DNA of 64,000 nt from Desulfatiglandales bacterium (GTDB lineage Bacteria; Desulfobacterota; DSM-4660; Desulfatiglandales; Desulfatiglandaceae): the NCBI GenBank assembly GCA_963666345.1, contig OY762721.1, positions 896,001-960,000 of the forward strand. The letters are read 5' to 3'. The position numbers and the translations under genes are program-made. Below, one piece after another: positions 22,596 through 33,467 of the stretch (position 1 is the first letter of the stretch; each line of letters begins with the position of its first letter). The notes below the pieces were generated by a model. The model was given only the letters and a program-made list of their open reading frames with translations, was not told the DNA's origin and did not search any database.

Positions 22596-25178
22596 ATGAG
22601 ATTTGACAAATTGACCCTTAAGGCACAAGAAATCGTGCAAAATTCCCTGAAACTCGCCGAGGATAAAGGGCACCAGCAGATAGAGCCTGAGCATATTCTC
22701 AAGGCGATATTGGATCAGCAGGACGGAGTTATACCACCACTTTTGGCAAAGATAGGAGTGGACCGCAATCAGCTCCTGAACTCGGCTGATTCCGCTCTCG
22801 AGAAGATACCGCGTGTCTCAGGCGCAGGTCATGAACAGGCCTACCTCTCCCGCCGCTCCAAGTCCATCCTGGATAACGCCTCTTCAGAGGCGGAACAGAT
22901 GAAAGACGAGTATGTAAGCCTTGAACATATACTCCTTGCCATTGCCGCCGAAGGCAGGGGGGAAGCGGCACGGATCCTTTCTCTCGCAGGCCTTGGGAGG
23001 GATTTCATCCTGAAGGCCCTTGTTGATATACGAGGAGGGCAGAGGATCACCGACCAGAACCCTGAAGACAAATATCAGGCCTTGGAGCGTTTCAGTCAGG
23101 ACCTCACCGCAAGGGCCTCAAAAGGTGATCTTGATCCTGTCATAGGAAGGGACGATGAAATCAGAAGGATCATTCAGGTTCTTTCAAGAAGGACAAAGAA
23201 TAATCCAGTCCTCATAGGGGAGCCGGGCGTAGGCAAAACCGCCATTGTGGAGGGGCTGGCCCAAAGGATCGTTCATGGGGATATCCCTGACACCTTGAAG
23301 GACAAAAGAGTGGTTGCCCTTGACATGGGAGCCCTCATAGCGGGAGCCAAATACCGCGGGGAATTCGAAGACCGCTTGAAGGCAGTGCTCAAGGAAGTGA
23401 CCGGCTCGCAAGGACAGATCATACTTTTCATAGATGAGATGCACACCCTCGTTGGAGCAGGCGCGGCGGAAGGTGCGGTGGATGCCTCAAACATGCTTAA
23501 ACCGGCGCTTGCCAGAGGAGAACTCCGATGCGTAGGGGCCACCACCATAAAGGAATACAGGAAATATATCGAAAAAGATGCGGCGTTTGAAAGACGATTT
23601 CAGCCCGTTATGGTTGAAGAGCCTACAGTGGAGGACACTATCTCCATCCTCCGCGGGCTTAAAGAAAAGTATGAGGTTCACCACGGGGTCAGGATTAAGG
23701 ATTCGGCGCTGGTGGCTGCGGCGAATCTTTCTCACCGTTATATAACCGACCGATTTCTTCCCGATAAGGCGATCGATCTCATAGACGAGGCCACCTCAAG
23801 GCTTCGAATTGAAATCGACAGCATGCCTGCGGAGATAGACGACGTTAAGAGAAAGTCCACGCAACTCGAAATTGAAAGAGAGGCCTTGAAAAAGGAAAAG
23901 GACCCCGCTTCCAGGGACAGGCTCAAGAAGCTGGAGCAGGAGCTTGGAGATCTCAAAGCGAGCACCGAGGAGATGGTATCTCACTGGAAAAGGGAAAAAC
24001 AGGCCATTTCAAAGATAGGTGAAATCAAGGAAAGGCTTGAGTCGACAAGGTCTGCGGCACAGGCTGCGGAACGGCAGGGGGACTTGTCAAGGGCTGCCGA
24101 ATTGAAATACGGCACCCTTATACAGCTGGAAAAGGACCTCAAAGAACAAAATGAGAAACTGGCAGAACTTCAGAAGGATAAAAAAATACTGAAAGAGGAG
24201 GTGGAAAGCGAAGACATAGCGGAGGTATTGGCCAAATGGACCGGGATTCCCGTATCCAGGATGATGGAAGGTGAAAGGGAGAAGCTACTCAAGATGGAGG
24301 AACGTCTGGGCAGGCGCGTGGTCGGGCAGGAAAAGGCCATAAACGCGGTTTCCAATGCCGTCAGAAGAGCCAGGTCAGGCCTCCAGGATCCTGACAGGCC
24401 GATAGGATCTTTCATATTCATGGGTCCTACGGGAGTCGGCAAGACCGAGCTTGCAAGGGCCGTTGCCCAGTTCTTGTTCGATGACGAACAATACATGGTA
24501 AGGATCGACATGTCCGAATACATGGAAAAGCATTCGGTCGCCCGTCTGATCGGAGCCCCCCCGGGATATGTCGGTTATGAGGAAGGAGGGTATCTGACAG
24601 AGGCGGTCAGAAGGCACCCTTACTCAGTGGTACTTTTCGATGAAATCGAAAAGGCCCATCCCGATGTATTCAACGCCCTTTTACAGATACTGGACGACGG
24701 ACGGATGACGGATGGAAAAGGCAGGACCGTGGACTTCAAAAACACGGTACTGATAATGACATCCAATGTGGGAAGCCAGTGGATACGGGAACTGGGAATC
24801 AGCGACAATGCCGAGATGGAAAAAAGGGTCATGGAATCGCTCAGGGCCACATTCAAGCCTGAATTTCTGAACAGGATAGATGAAATCGTGATCTTCAACT
24901 CACTCGGAAATGAAGAGATAAAGAAAATCGTTCAGATCCAGATCGGGCTCCTGGCAAAACGCCTCTCAACCAGCAAGATTTCAATCGAATTGAGCAACGC
25001 GGCTGAAAACTTCATGGCAAAAACAGGGTTTGATTCCCTCTACGGAGCAAGACCGCTTAGAAGATCGATCCAGCAACTGATTCAGGACCCTCTTGCGGTA
25101 AAGATACTTGAGGGCTCTGTTAAGGAAGGCGACCTTGTCAAGGTGGATGTAAAGGGGGGTGATCTTGTCATTGAATAG
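22596..25178 (+). CDS. clpB: ATP-dependent chaperone ClpB
   Basis: Two AAA modules ([16 protein letters not shown]), middle coiled coil, 860 aa. Confidence 0.98.
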   Translation: MRFDKLTLKAQEIVQNSLKLAEDKGHQQIEPEHILKAILDQQDGVIPPLLAKIGVDRNQLLNSADSALEKIPRVSGAGHEQAYLSRRSKSILDNASSEAEQMKDEYVSLEHILLAIAAEGRGEAARILSLAGLGRDFILKALVDIRGGQRITDQNPEDKYQALERFSQDLTARASKGDLDPVIGRDDEIRRIIQVLSRRTKNNPVLIGEPGVGKTAIVEGLAQRIVHGDIPDTLKDKRVVALDMGALIAGAKYRGEFEDRLKAVLKEVTGSQGQIILFIDEMHTLVGAGAAEGAVDASNMLKPALARGELRCVGATTIKEYRKYIEKDAAFERRFQPVMVEEPTVEDTISILRGLKEKYEVHHGVRIKDSALVAAANLSHRYITDRFLPDKAIDLIDEATSRLRIEIDSMPAEIDDVKRKSTQLEIEREALKKEKDPASRDRLKKLEQELGDLKASTEEMVSHWKREKQAISKIGEIKERLESTRSAAQAAERQGDLSRAAELKYGTLIQLEKDLKEQNEKLAELQKDKKILKEEVESEDIAEVLAKWTGIPVSRMMEGEREKLLKMEERLGRRVVGQEKAINAVSNAVRRARSGLQDPDRPIGSFIFMGPTGVGKTELARAVAQFLFDDEQYMVRIDMSEYMEKHSVARLIGAPPGYVGYEEGGYLTEAVRRHPYSVVLFDEIEKAHPDVFNALLQILDDGRMTDGKGRTVDFKNTVLIMTSNVGSQWIRELGISDNAEMEKRVMESLRATFKPEFLNRIDEIVIFNSLGNEEIKKIVQIQIGLLAKRLSTSKISIELSNAAENFMAKTGFDSLYGARPLRRSIQQLIQDPLAVKILEGSVKEGDLVKVDVKGGDLVIE

Positions 25179-25202
25179 GTCTGAAATTACCGGTTTTTGA
25201 TT

Positions 25203-25237
25203 TCAAGGCCCTCCCCTTTTACGGGAGAGGGCCTTGA
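25203..25237. terminator. Hairpin terminator between convergent clpB and IHF-like gene
   Basis: tcaaggccctc...gagggccttga inverted repeat. Confidence 0.7.
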
Positions 25238-25260
25238 TCACGGCCGGTGAGAAAGTCGCG

Positions 25261-25605
25261 CTACCTTGAATTCATGTGATCCCGCAGTTTTTTTGACACC
25301 TTGAACGTGACGGTTCTGCGTGGTCTTATCATAATCGTTTCACCTGTCTGGGGATTTCTTCCCCTTCTTGCCCATTTAAATCTTACCTGAAATTTTCCGA
25401 ATCCCTTTATCTTTACATCCTCGCCGCCTTCAAGTGTATCCTTGATCTTATTGAAAAGGCAGTCTACCAGGGTTGCGGCCCTTTTTTTCTCAAGCCTTAT
25501 ATAATCCATTTCAGGGAAGAGATATATCTGCCTCGACTTACCACGCCTTTTAAGGTGTACCTTGTCGATGATGCTTGTGACAAGATCCGTCTTTGTGAGT
25601 GACAT
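25261..25605 (-). CDS. HU/IHF-family DNA-binding protein (IHF-alpha-like) with an insertion
   Basis: MSLTKTDL, VKIKGFGKF, RRGRNPQTGE, RRTVTFK. Confidence 0.9.
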   Translation of the reverse strand: MSLTKTDLVTSIIDKVHLKRRGKSRQIYLFPEMDYIRLEKKRAATLVDCLFNKIKDTLEGGEDVKIKGFGKFQVRFKWARRGRNPQTGETIMIRPRRTVTFKVSKKLRDHMNSR

Positions 25606-25709
25606 ATCGGATTCAAACCCAGTGAAAGATATTTATAGTTTCATGCCGGATCCCTGAACACGCCCTTCCGAACGGAAGGATCTCTTACATTCCGTCTCTT
25701 ACGACATTA

Positions 25710-26861
25710 TCAAAAAGCGCCTATAAGTCTTGCGATAACAAGGCGCTGAACCTCAGAAGTTCCCTCCCCTATCTCAAGTAGTTTCTGGTCCCTGTAAAAC
25801 CTTTCGACGTCATATTCTTTCATGAGCCCGTATCCTCCGTGCAGTTGTACCGCATGATTGGCACACCGGTACATGACCTCAGAGCAGTAGAGCTTTGCCA
25901 TTGCCGCCTCTTTTGAAAATGCTCTGTCATTGTCTCTCAACCAGCACGCCTTGTAAAGGATAAGTCGGGCGCATTCGATCTCCATGGCCATATCGGCCGT
26001 CTTAAAGGCATTCACCTGGAAATTCAGGATCGGTTTGCCGAACTGAACCCGTTCCTTTCCATATTTCAGGGCAAGCTCGAAACAGCCCTGAGCCCCGCCC
26101 AGGCCCATTGCTCCTATGGACAGACGCCCTCCGTCAAGGGTCTGCATCATCTGATAAAAGCCGTGTCCTCTCGGACCGAGCATGTTTTTCTTCGGTACGG
26201 CACAATCGTCGAAGTAGAGTTCACTGGTGTTTGAGCCTCTCCACATAAGCTTTCCATGCATCTCCCTTGCCTCATATCCCTTGGTGCCCGATTCGACAAG
26301 GATACACGAAAGCTCAGGCCTTTTATCCTCCCTTGTGCCTGTTCTACACAGGGCTGTCACCCCTGAACTTATCTTTGTGGAGGCGTTCGTAATAAAAATC
26401 TTACTCCCGTTGATAACCCACTCATCGCCTTTCATATTTGCGGTCGTCTTTGAATTGCTGGCGTCTGACCCTGCATTCGGTTCGGTAAGCCCGAACCCCC
26501 AGAGGCCTTTTCCGCTGCAGAGGGAAGGAAGATAGCGCTGTTTCTGATCTTCACTGCCGAAATAATAGATCGGTCCTATACCCAGTGAATTACCGGCTGC
26601 CACGGTAGCGGCATGAGACCCGTCGACGCGTGCTATCTCTTCGGTAGCGATAATGTATGAGATATAATCCATCCCCTGTCCGCCATATTTTTCAGAGACA
26701 AACATCCCGAAAAGCCCGAGATCAGCCATCTTCCGCATGGTTTCATAGGAAAACTCTTCTTTTTCATCGAGTTCCCCAGCAACCGGCTTTATCTCATTTT
26801 CGGCAAATTCACGCACTGAATTTCGCAGAATCTCCTGTTCCATGGAAAGGCTGAAATCCAT
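25710..26861 (-). CDS. Acyl-CoA dehydrogenase
   Basis: FGLTEPNAGSD, NGSKIFITN, QLHGGYG, IGEGTSEVQR. Confidence 0.95.
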   Translation of the reverse strand: MDFSLSMEQEILRNSVREFAENEIKPVAGELDEKEEFSYETMRKMADLGLFGMFVSEKYGGQGMDYISYIIATEEIARVDGSHAATVAAGNSLGIGPIYYFGSEDQKQRYLPSLCSGKGLWGFGLTEPNAGSDASNSKTTANMKGDEWVINGSKIFITNASTKISSGVTALCRTGTREDKRPELSCILVESGTKGYEAREMHGKLMWRGSNTSELYFDDCAVPKKNMLGPRGHGFYQMMQTLDGGRLSIGAMGLGGAQGCFELALKYGKERVQFGKPILNFQVNAFKTADMAMEIECARLILYKACWLRDNDRAFSKEAAMAKLYCSEVMYRCANHAVQLHGGYGLMKEYDVERFYRDQKLLEIGEGTSEVQRLVIARLIGAF

Positions 26862-27447
26862 ATCGACTCCTTTGATTTAGATTGTATTGTAAATAGAATA
26901 GATCACCTTTTTTTTGATAAACAAAAAAATGCCGGCTATTTCGCCAGAGATATTCCTTAAGAAAATTCAGTCTAATCAAGGATCTTTTTGATATCGAAAA
27001 ATTTTGAACGAAAATCTATACAGAGGCCGCAGTAAAAAGGAACGTCTTGTCTCAGTTCGATAATGACGGTAATTGGATAGACTGCACATGGCAGGCTGTT
27101 TTCAGGTTTCCATAACCAGAAGGCAATTTTTTCAATAATAAGGGAGGCAGGCCTTTTCTGCTCTACCGTCAAGGCATAAGCTTTTGCCGGTATTTGTCGC
27201 TTGCCGATATTTACTATAGATTAATTTATTTCGGCATGTCAACCCATTGCATGTTATCCCGAAACCGACTTCGGTAATATGACTGATAATATATCTTTTC
27301 AATTACAAGAATAATGCAGTCGCCCCTCAAAAACTTCATACACGCCCAAAAAGCCTCATTGTATATGCCAGGGCCTGCATGCGGATAAAAAAAAGAGCTG
27401 AACACGAATCCCACCCGAGGCATAAAGAAATGACAGCCGAAAATCAG

Positions 27448-27487
27448 CTTGACAAAAGTTATAGACTTAAGCACTAGTTAATATTTA
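27448..27487 (+). promoter_or_regulatory. Promoter/operator upstream of XRE-cupin regulator 1
   Basis: cttgacaa-N9-acttaa-N6-gttaatattta, same layout as 58163-58202 on the minus strand. Confidence 0.65.
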
Positions 27488-27647
27488 TGGATAATCTTTC
27501 CATAAGTTGAAGTTGATCAGACAAGACAGTTAAATCACCTCCGGCTTGGTGGTTGTAATCCCGGAGGTTTCAAGGCTTCGAGATGACATGGGCTATAAAC
27601 AAATCGATATTTGCCATATTTTCGATAGACAGGATGGTAATACTTAA

Positions 27648-28193
27648 ATGAACCTTGGGTTAATGATTCGCAAGTGTCGAAAAGAGAGAAAGCTGACATT
27701 GAAAATTGTGGCGCAGAAGGCCGGGATCTCCGAGGGTTTTCTGAGTCAGGTCGAAAACAGAGTAAAATCACCCTCTGTGGAAACCCTTATCAATATCTGC
27801 AATGCCATAGGTATTAATGCGGGTGATCTACTGAACAATATAGAAAAAAGTGAAAGACTGGTTCTCATTCGCAGGGCTGAGTGGGACGACATCGATTTGC
27901 CTCACACCGGCTTTGTGACCAGACGTTTTTTTCCACCTGAAGACAGGAAGGTTATTGACAGCGCCATACTGGTAATAGAGCCTGAAAAATCGATACCTGT
28001 GCGAAAAAACCTGAAAGACGTTCAGGAGGCCCTGTGCATACTGAAGGGTTCGGTCGAGCTTGTACACGGCTCCCGTATCATAGAACTTGGAGAGGGAGAT
28101 GCCGTGCACTACTGGTCAAACAGTGAAAAGCAGAAGATCACAAACCGCAGCGGGGAAATTGCGATAGCTTTCTGGGTAGGAACCATTCAGTAA
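27648..28193 (+). CDS. XRE-family HTH plus cupin transcriptional regulator
   Basis: LTLKIVAQKAGISEGFLSQVEN HTH; C-terminal cupin; paralog of 57550-58092. Confidence 0.92.
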   Translation: MNLGLMIRKCRKERKLTLKIVAQKAGISEGFLSQVENRVKSPSVETLINICNAIGINAGDLLNNIEKSERLVLIRRAEWDDIDLPHTGFVTRRFFPPEDRKVIDSAILVIEPEKSIPVRKNLKDVQEALCILKGSVELVHGSRIIELGEGDAVHYWSNSEKQKITNRSGEIAIAFWVGTIQ

Positions 28194-28228
28194 GGCCCCA
28201 AGAGGGTATTCCGGATGGAAACCGATCA

Positions 28229-29311
28229 TCATGTCTCCGAAGTATTGAGAAGATATATCCCCAGGGGGAAAAATACGAGATTCGCAGTCCAGGCGGATAT
28301 AAATGGGGGCAGAACGCCTGACAAACCGAGCGACCTGGTAAGACCCAGCAGCACAAGATAGAGGAAACAGGCACCTATGCCCGCGGCAACGGCAAGAGGC
28401 GTCCCCCCTCTTTTGAGGTTCATCACTATGGCTACACCCAGTATTGCCATAACTATATTGATGAACGGAAACGCCAGTTTCACGTTCATGTCAACTCGGT
28501 ATCTGGTAGGGTCATAACCCTCCCGTTTTATTTTTTCAGCATATCGTTTAAGCTGCCAGTAGCTCATTTCTTCAGGATTTCTTATCTTTTTCACAAAATC
28601 TTCAGGCCTTTCACGTATATCCAGCCTGTAATCGGAAATCCTTTCCATTCCGTATTCGTTCTGTTCAGTGGGTCTTTGAATAATCCCCTCCGCCACAAAC
28701 CACCCATTCCCCTTCCAGGCCACCCATGATGAATCGATTCTTGTCTTAAGCCTGAAATTTTCATCGAAGAAATAGAAGGTGCAGTCATGCATCTCCATCT
28801 TTTCAGGGTCAAAATGATTTATCCAGTAGATGGAATCATCACCCTTGTACCAGATATTGTTCTGACCGTAGAGTCTGGGCTGCCCCCGCCTGTTGACCGA
28901 TATATCCCATATCTCATTGCTTTTTGAACTGCTGAAAGGCACGATGAGTTCGGAAAAAAGAAAGAGGAACAGTGCAAGCCCGGCAGATAGGATTAATACG
29001 GGCCTGGTCAAATCGAATACACTCACGCCGCATGATTTCAGGGCGGTTATTTCATTTCTCTTTTCCATGAGGCTGAGCATGACTATGACGGACAGGAGCG
29101 CAGCAACAGGAAGCATCTGGATAATTATGAAAGGAGTCTTGTAGAAAAAGTAGGCGAACATGGGGCCGATGGACGCGCCCGACTCCACAAAGTTATCCAC
29201 CTTCTGGATAAAATCTATTATCAGATATATGGAAACAAAGATCAGCAGAAAAAAGACGAGATATCGAAGCAGCTCTCTTGAAATATACCTTGCTATTACT
29301 CCCGGTTTCAT
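28229..29311 (-). CDS. lptG: LPS export ABC permease LptG
   Basis: RNEITALKSCGVS, periplasmic jellyroll region, PPFISAWTANLVF. Confidence 0.9.
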   Translation of the reverse strand: MKPGVIARYISRELLRYLVFFLLIFVSIYLIIDFIQKVDNFVESGASIGPMFAYFFYKTPFIIIQMLPVAALLSVIVMLSLMEKRNEITALKSCGVSVFDLTRPVLILSAGLALFLFLFSELIVPFSSSKSNEIWDISVNRRGQPRLYGQNNIWYKGDDSIYWINHFDPEKMEMHDCTFYFFDENFRLKTRIDSSWVAWKGNGWFVAEGIIQRPTEQNEYGMERISDYRLDIRERPEDFVKKIRNPEEMSYWQLKRYAEKIKREGYDPTRYRVDMNVKLAFPFINIVMAILGVAIVMNLKRGGTPLAVAAGIGACFLYLVLLGLTRSLGLSGVLPPFISAWTANLVFFPLGIYLLNTSET

Positions 29312-29317
29312 AACGCT

Positions 29318-30469
29318 CTACCTTTTTCTCAGTCTCATAAAGACGGCCTCGAGGATATTAATCGACTCTTCGCGCTCGGCTCGTCTGATAAGCACAATAA
29401 AGGCCGCCATAAGTAATATGACCGGCATAAAGGCCCCTATTACCGGGCTGACCATCCCTGTTTCACATATGCTTTGTGCCCCCGCGAGGCAGAAATAGTA
29501 AAGCATAAACACACCCAGGCTGACTCCTATGCCGGTGGACATACCGCTTGATTTCAGCTGAGCACCCAGCGGCAGGCCCAGTAGACCCATAAAAAATACG
29601 GCAAGCGGCATGGAAATCTTTTCGAAAAATACGATCAGCACCTCATTTAGACTTGTATTTCCCTTATCATGGGCCTTTATGTGAGAAATCAGTTCCCTCA
29701 CTCCGAGCTCCTTTGGCCCTTTCTGCCTCCTTTCCAGCGCGGCCATTATATCCTTAAGGCCCATGTTGAGATCGTAGGTGGAAAACTTTATCGATCTGGC
29801 CGAGGCCAGCTTCTTGTCAACCATAAAAATAGTGCCGTTTACAAAGTGCAGGTTGATCATCTTCTTTCCCTCAATCGGGGCAATCATTCCCTCCTGAGCC
29901 ACAATCGTGTAAGTCACCTTATCATCCCGCCTGTCAACGACAAAGACCTCTTTCATGGAATTCTCTCTGCTTGAAAAACTTTTGACGTAAAAGGTGACGT
30001 TATCAAAGGGCTGAGAAAAGATTCTTTCCTTTATACCCATATTTGTTTGAGACTGAACTACCTGAAAAAGCAATCCCTTATAGGATCGGTAGCCCCAGGG
30101 GACCGCAAAAATTCCTGTAAAAAGTGAGATCAAAAGCCCTATGGATGCGATGATCAGGGTAGGCTGAAGCAACTGATAGATACCGATTCCACACGATTTC
30201 AGGGCGATTATCTCATTGTCGGACGAAAGCCTGAGAAACGCCAGCACCACCGACATCAGAACCGTGGCAGGAAGCGCGAAGGCAATCATATCGGGCAGCA
30301 GATAAAGAAGCATCCTCAGGACATACCCGGGGTTTACTCCCCTGTCGACGATCATTTCGGTAATGGAAAGCATTCTTGTGGTCAGGAGTATAAAGACCGC
30401 TACAAGCAGACTTACCACGAAGGTGGGGGCAATCTCCCGCAGGATATATCTATTGAGAGTTTTTCTCAT
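29318..30469 (-). CDS. lptF: LPS export ABC permease LptF
   Basis: RLSSDNEIIALKSCG; precedes lptG. Confidence 0.9.
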   Translation of the reverse strand: MRKTLNRYILREIAPTFVVSLLVAVFILLTTRMLSITEMIVDRGVNPGYVLRMLLYLLPDMIAFALPATVLMSVVLAFLRLSSDNEIIALKSCGIGIYQLLQPTLIIASIGLLISLFTGIFAVPWGYRSYKGLLFQVVQSQTNMGIKERIFSQPFDNVTFYVKSFSSRENSMKEVFVVDRRDDKVTYTIVAQEGMIAPIEGKKMINLHFVNGTIFMVDKKLASARSIKFSTYDLNMGLKDIMAALERRQKGPKELGVRELISHIKAHDKGNTSLNEVLIVFFEKISMPLAVFFMGLLGLPLGAQLKSSGMSTGIGVSLGVFMLYYFCLAGAQSICETGMVSPVIGAFMPVILLMAAFIVLIRRAEREESINILEAVFMRLRKR

Positions 30470-30488
30470 TGCTCATTTTCCGGCATAT

Positions 30489-31010
30489 TTAGTTGGAGTC
30501 ATGAAGCTTTTCGAGTGCCCAGGAATCTATCTCAACGGATAGAGAACGATTCAGCAGCTCTACGGAGACAACCACCTTTTCTTTCTGAAACCTGTGCCTT
30601 ATGTAGAAACCGGTCAGTCCTCTGAGTGGTCCCTCCATTATCATGACCCTGTCGCCTTTGTTCATGTATGAACGATTTTCAACGGTTCGATCGGTACCGT
30701 CCAGTATCATCAATGATTTTATCTCTTCCTCGTTGGCCGGAACAGGGCGGCCCTTAAACCCGAGCATCCGGACTATCCCCACTGTCTTGAGAATATTCAG
30801 ATGCTCATGCGGTTCAAGACATGAACGGACAAAGAGGTAGCCCGGAAGCATGGGGACGTAGATCTTTTTAGGGCGGTCCCTGCGCCTGCTTATCACCTGA
30901 ACCTGAGGAAGGAACGCCTCCAAAGACTTGCCCCTGAGTCCATCGTAAACCTTCTGCTCAAAATTGCTTCGAGTGTGAAGAGCATACCATTTTGTTTCTT
31001 CATCAGTCAT
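30489..31010 (-). CDS. NusG-paralog transcription antiterminator (UpxY/RfaH/LoaP-like)
   Basis: WYALHTRSNFE NGN domain, PMLPGYLFV, KOW GDRVMIMEGPLRGLTG; start taken at MTDEETKW. Confidence 0.9.
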   Translation of the reverse strand: MTDEETKWYALHTRSNFEQKVYDGLRGKSLEAFLPQVQVISRRRDRPKKIYVPMLPGYLFVRSCLEPHEHLNILKTVGIVRMLGFKGRPVPANEEEIKSLMILDGTDRTVENRSYMNKGDRVMIMEGPLRGLTGFYIRHRFQKEKVVVSVELLNRSLSVEIDSWALEKLHDSN

Positions 31011-31128
31011 GCTTAACTGTTGTGATAAGATTTCCCGCCGTGGAGTCAAAGGTTAAAAGGTCTGTTATTTATCTGACTATAATAAAAATATTACACTTTT
31101 TGTCCAGGAAGGCAGAATCTGATCAAGC

Positions 31129-31158
31129 AAAAAAATCCTGCCCCACGGGGCCGGGCAG
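31129..31158 (-). terminator. Intrinsic terminator upstream of the NusG paralog
   Basis: Minus strand ctgcccggccccgtggggcagg followed by a 7-U tract. Confidence 0.65.
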
Positions 31159-31318
31159 TTTACCCCTGAAAGGGGGCGTGCCGTGCCGGGCTTCTGAATG
31201 CCCAAAGTGAGCTAAAAGGGCTGAAGTGCCTGAATTCAAGGAAGTCCGCCTCATCAGAAAAAGAGCCGAAACAATTCCGCAATTTCAGTCATTTTCAATT
31301 TTAGCGCATTATAGGCAC

Positions 31319-31588
31319 TTACTCATTTTCATTCAGGACGCCCTCTTTTAAAAGAGACTTTGCCACTTCAATATCATAGGCCCTTTTGGGGTCGAAGTTT
31401 TTGCCGTCATACATCTCCATCGCGGCATTGACGGCCCCGTAGGGTATCCAGCCATGTTCTTCCCAAAGTGAAGGGACATCGATATTCCACAGTCTGAACC
31501 AGATCATTTCATCCTTTTCCATTACGTACATGCGTACGCGCTTATTTTGCGGGAAAGGGAAATAATAGAGTCCCATTTCATCTTTCAT
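31319..31588 (-). CDS. Hypothetical 89-aa protein
   Basis: Aromatic-rich ORF (GLYYFPFPQNKRVRMYV...WEEHGWIPY) with GGAG RBS, 35 bp after the YcaO gene. Confidence 0.8.
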   Translation of the reverse strand: MKDEMGLYYFPFPQNKRVRMYVMEKDEMIWFRLWNIDVPSLWEEHGWIPYGAVNAAMEMYDGKNFDPKRAYDIEVAKSLLKEGVLNENE

Positions 31589-31623
31589 TTATTTTCTCCG
31601 AAGCAATATAACGATTTTACCGG

Positions 31624-33366
31624 TCATTGACGGTCCTTTTTTCCTTCGAGTCTTTCAAGGTTCTCCCTTGCAAATTCTATGGTCGGATCCAGTTCAAGGG
31701 CAATACGGTAAAAGTGAACAGCCATGCCTGTATCGCCCATATCACGGTAATTTGAGGCTATGTTGGCATAATCGATTGCAGAACCTGGATTCAGCTCTAT
31801 AACCTTTTGAAAACATTCGATCGCCTTCGCATGTTCTTTCATCTTGAAATAGCTGAATCCCATGAGATTATAGATATCTGTTCTTTCATTATCAATTTTT
31901 TCCGCCTTCTTGAGGACCTCGATGGTTTCCTCGTATCTCTCCATCTCTTTGAGACAGACCCCGATGTATGAATATATGGTAGGAATATCCTGCTGCTCCG
32001 GATCAAGTCCAAGGGCCCTTTCCATAGCCTTAAGTGCATCCTGGGTATCGCCCATGGACAGATATGACAGACCAAGGAAAAAGTAGGTGTAATACCTGTC
32101 GGGCAGGAGTTCGTCCATTTTCTTCAGCTCTTTAACAGCCCATTGCGGATCCCCGCTGTTTGAGATGATCTTGGCGGAAAGCATCCCGACGCTTGTTCCT
32201 TCAGTCCTTTCCCTGAAATGTGACCCCGGGATAATCACATAAACGGCAGGGACCTCTAATAATGAATGAGTCACATCAACCGCTATCACGTCCATTCCAT
32301 GCCCTGAAACCGCGGACAGGCATTTTTCTATCTCCTCTTTCATGTTGTCATCCGATAGATCCGGCAGACTTGAAACGGGACTCCTTATTCCTGAGCGGGT
32401 GATAAACTCAGCCTCGGCAAGGCCTTTTAGCTTTGGGAGTCCGCTTGCGACATAATTTGAACCGGTGTTGAAATCTCCTCCAAGCTGTGCCACCTCTGCA
32501 AGTGCCCTTATTACCGATTTCTCCGGGCTGGTTGTGGTTCCGGCCGTCCATACGATCTCGCTCTTTTCAGGGAACGTGGAAGGATCATATGCGAGTGCGG
32601 ACACGGTAGGCAAACCCGTATCCAGAGAAAAATCGGAAAGAGTGAGTTCTACGCCTGCACTGCGGAATTTCCGGATCAACTCCCTTGCCAGCGGGTCCTT
32701 TATCGACGCGGGTTCTATGACAGGTACCTTCAGCCTTTTCCTGCTCACAAGAGATGACACGTGCCGTTCCACCACCTCGCATATACCCTGCAGCAGTGCC
32801 TCTTCCATGCAGTTTCCCGCGGAAGAGCCATTGTACTCGTTAAGAGAAAAAAACCAGTCAAAGGGAATCAGGACTTCACGGCCTTTCGTAAGATTATAGC
32901 CCCATGTCCAATTCTGAGGGAGCATTTTAAAGGCCTCCAGCGCCCTTGGCAGATCTTCCGATGTATCACTCACAGACCCTGTTATCATATCAAGGTCAAC
33001 TGCCTTTTCCTTTACTCTTTCATACGATTCGAAGATAAAGTTCTTTGGATCCTTATGAAAGCTGAAAAGGCTGAATCTCTCGACAAGCTCCATCACGGCG
33101 CTTGCCTCGGCCTGCTCAGGGGTCCCCCCCTTCCCCATCTGCTTTCTTTCTCCGATCACCGATGCCGCGTCACTTCCGCATACGCTGAAAAACACAGGGA
33201 TATCAAGCCTGCCGTTGTCGGTTCTTACGGTATCCTTCAATATATCAAGATCCAGTCCTGCCAGTTTCTCCCTCAGACGAGTGACCGTTTCCAAAGGAGA
33301 GACCGACTTGTCAAGATCCCTGGTATAACCCTTATATGTATCCTTAATTATAATAGGCCCGCCCAT
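31624..33366 (-). CDS. YcaO-family protein fused to C-terminal TPR repeats
   Basis: YcaO ATP-binding motifs QMGKG, SAVMELVER, NGSSAGN, GICEVVERH, RALAEVAQ; about four TPRs in the last ~160 aa. Confidence 0.92.
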   Translation of the reverse strand: MGGPIIIKDTYKGYTRDLDKSVSPLETVTRLREKLAGLDLDILKDTVRTDNGRLDIPVFFSVCGSDAASVIGERKQMGKGGTPEQAEASAVMELVERFSLFSFHKDPKNFIFESYERVKEKAVDLDMITGSVSDTSEDLPRALEAFKMLPQNWTWGYNLTKGREVLIPFDWFFSLNEYNGSSAGNCMEEALLQGICEVVERHVSSLVSRKRLKVPVIEPASIKDPLARELIRKFRSAGVELTLSDFSLDTGLPTVSALAYDPSTFPEKSEIVWTAGTTTSPEKSVIRALAEVAQLGGDFNTGSNYVASGLPKLKGLAEAEFITRSGIRSPVSSLPDLSDDNMKEEIEKCLSAVSGHGMDVIAVDVTHSLLEVPAVYVIIPGSHFRERTEGTSVGMLSAKIISNSGDPQWAVKELKKMDELLPDRYYTYFFLGLSYLSMGDTQDALKAMERALGLDPEQQDIPTIYSYIGVCLKEMERYEETIEVLKKAEKIDNERTDIYNLMGFSYFKMKEHAKAIECFQKVIELNPGSAIDYANIASNYRDMGDTGMAVHFYRIALELDPTIEFARENLERLEGKKDRQ

Positions 33367-33467
33367 TACAAGGCTCCTTTCAAAGGCAATTTTTACTTAT
33401 CCCCAAGGCAGTGCGCAGCGATCCTTTTAAATCCTGGTCAAAAAAAATCTCAAGGTGCGATTTATCG

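Noticed and set aside
26862..27447. Long intergenic region with small ORFs (66 and 82 aa) or a possible riboswitch
   Set aside because: The ORFs lack RBSs and protein-like composition; no recognisable riboswitch consensus
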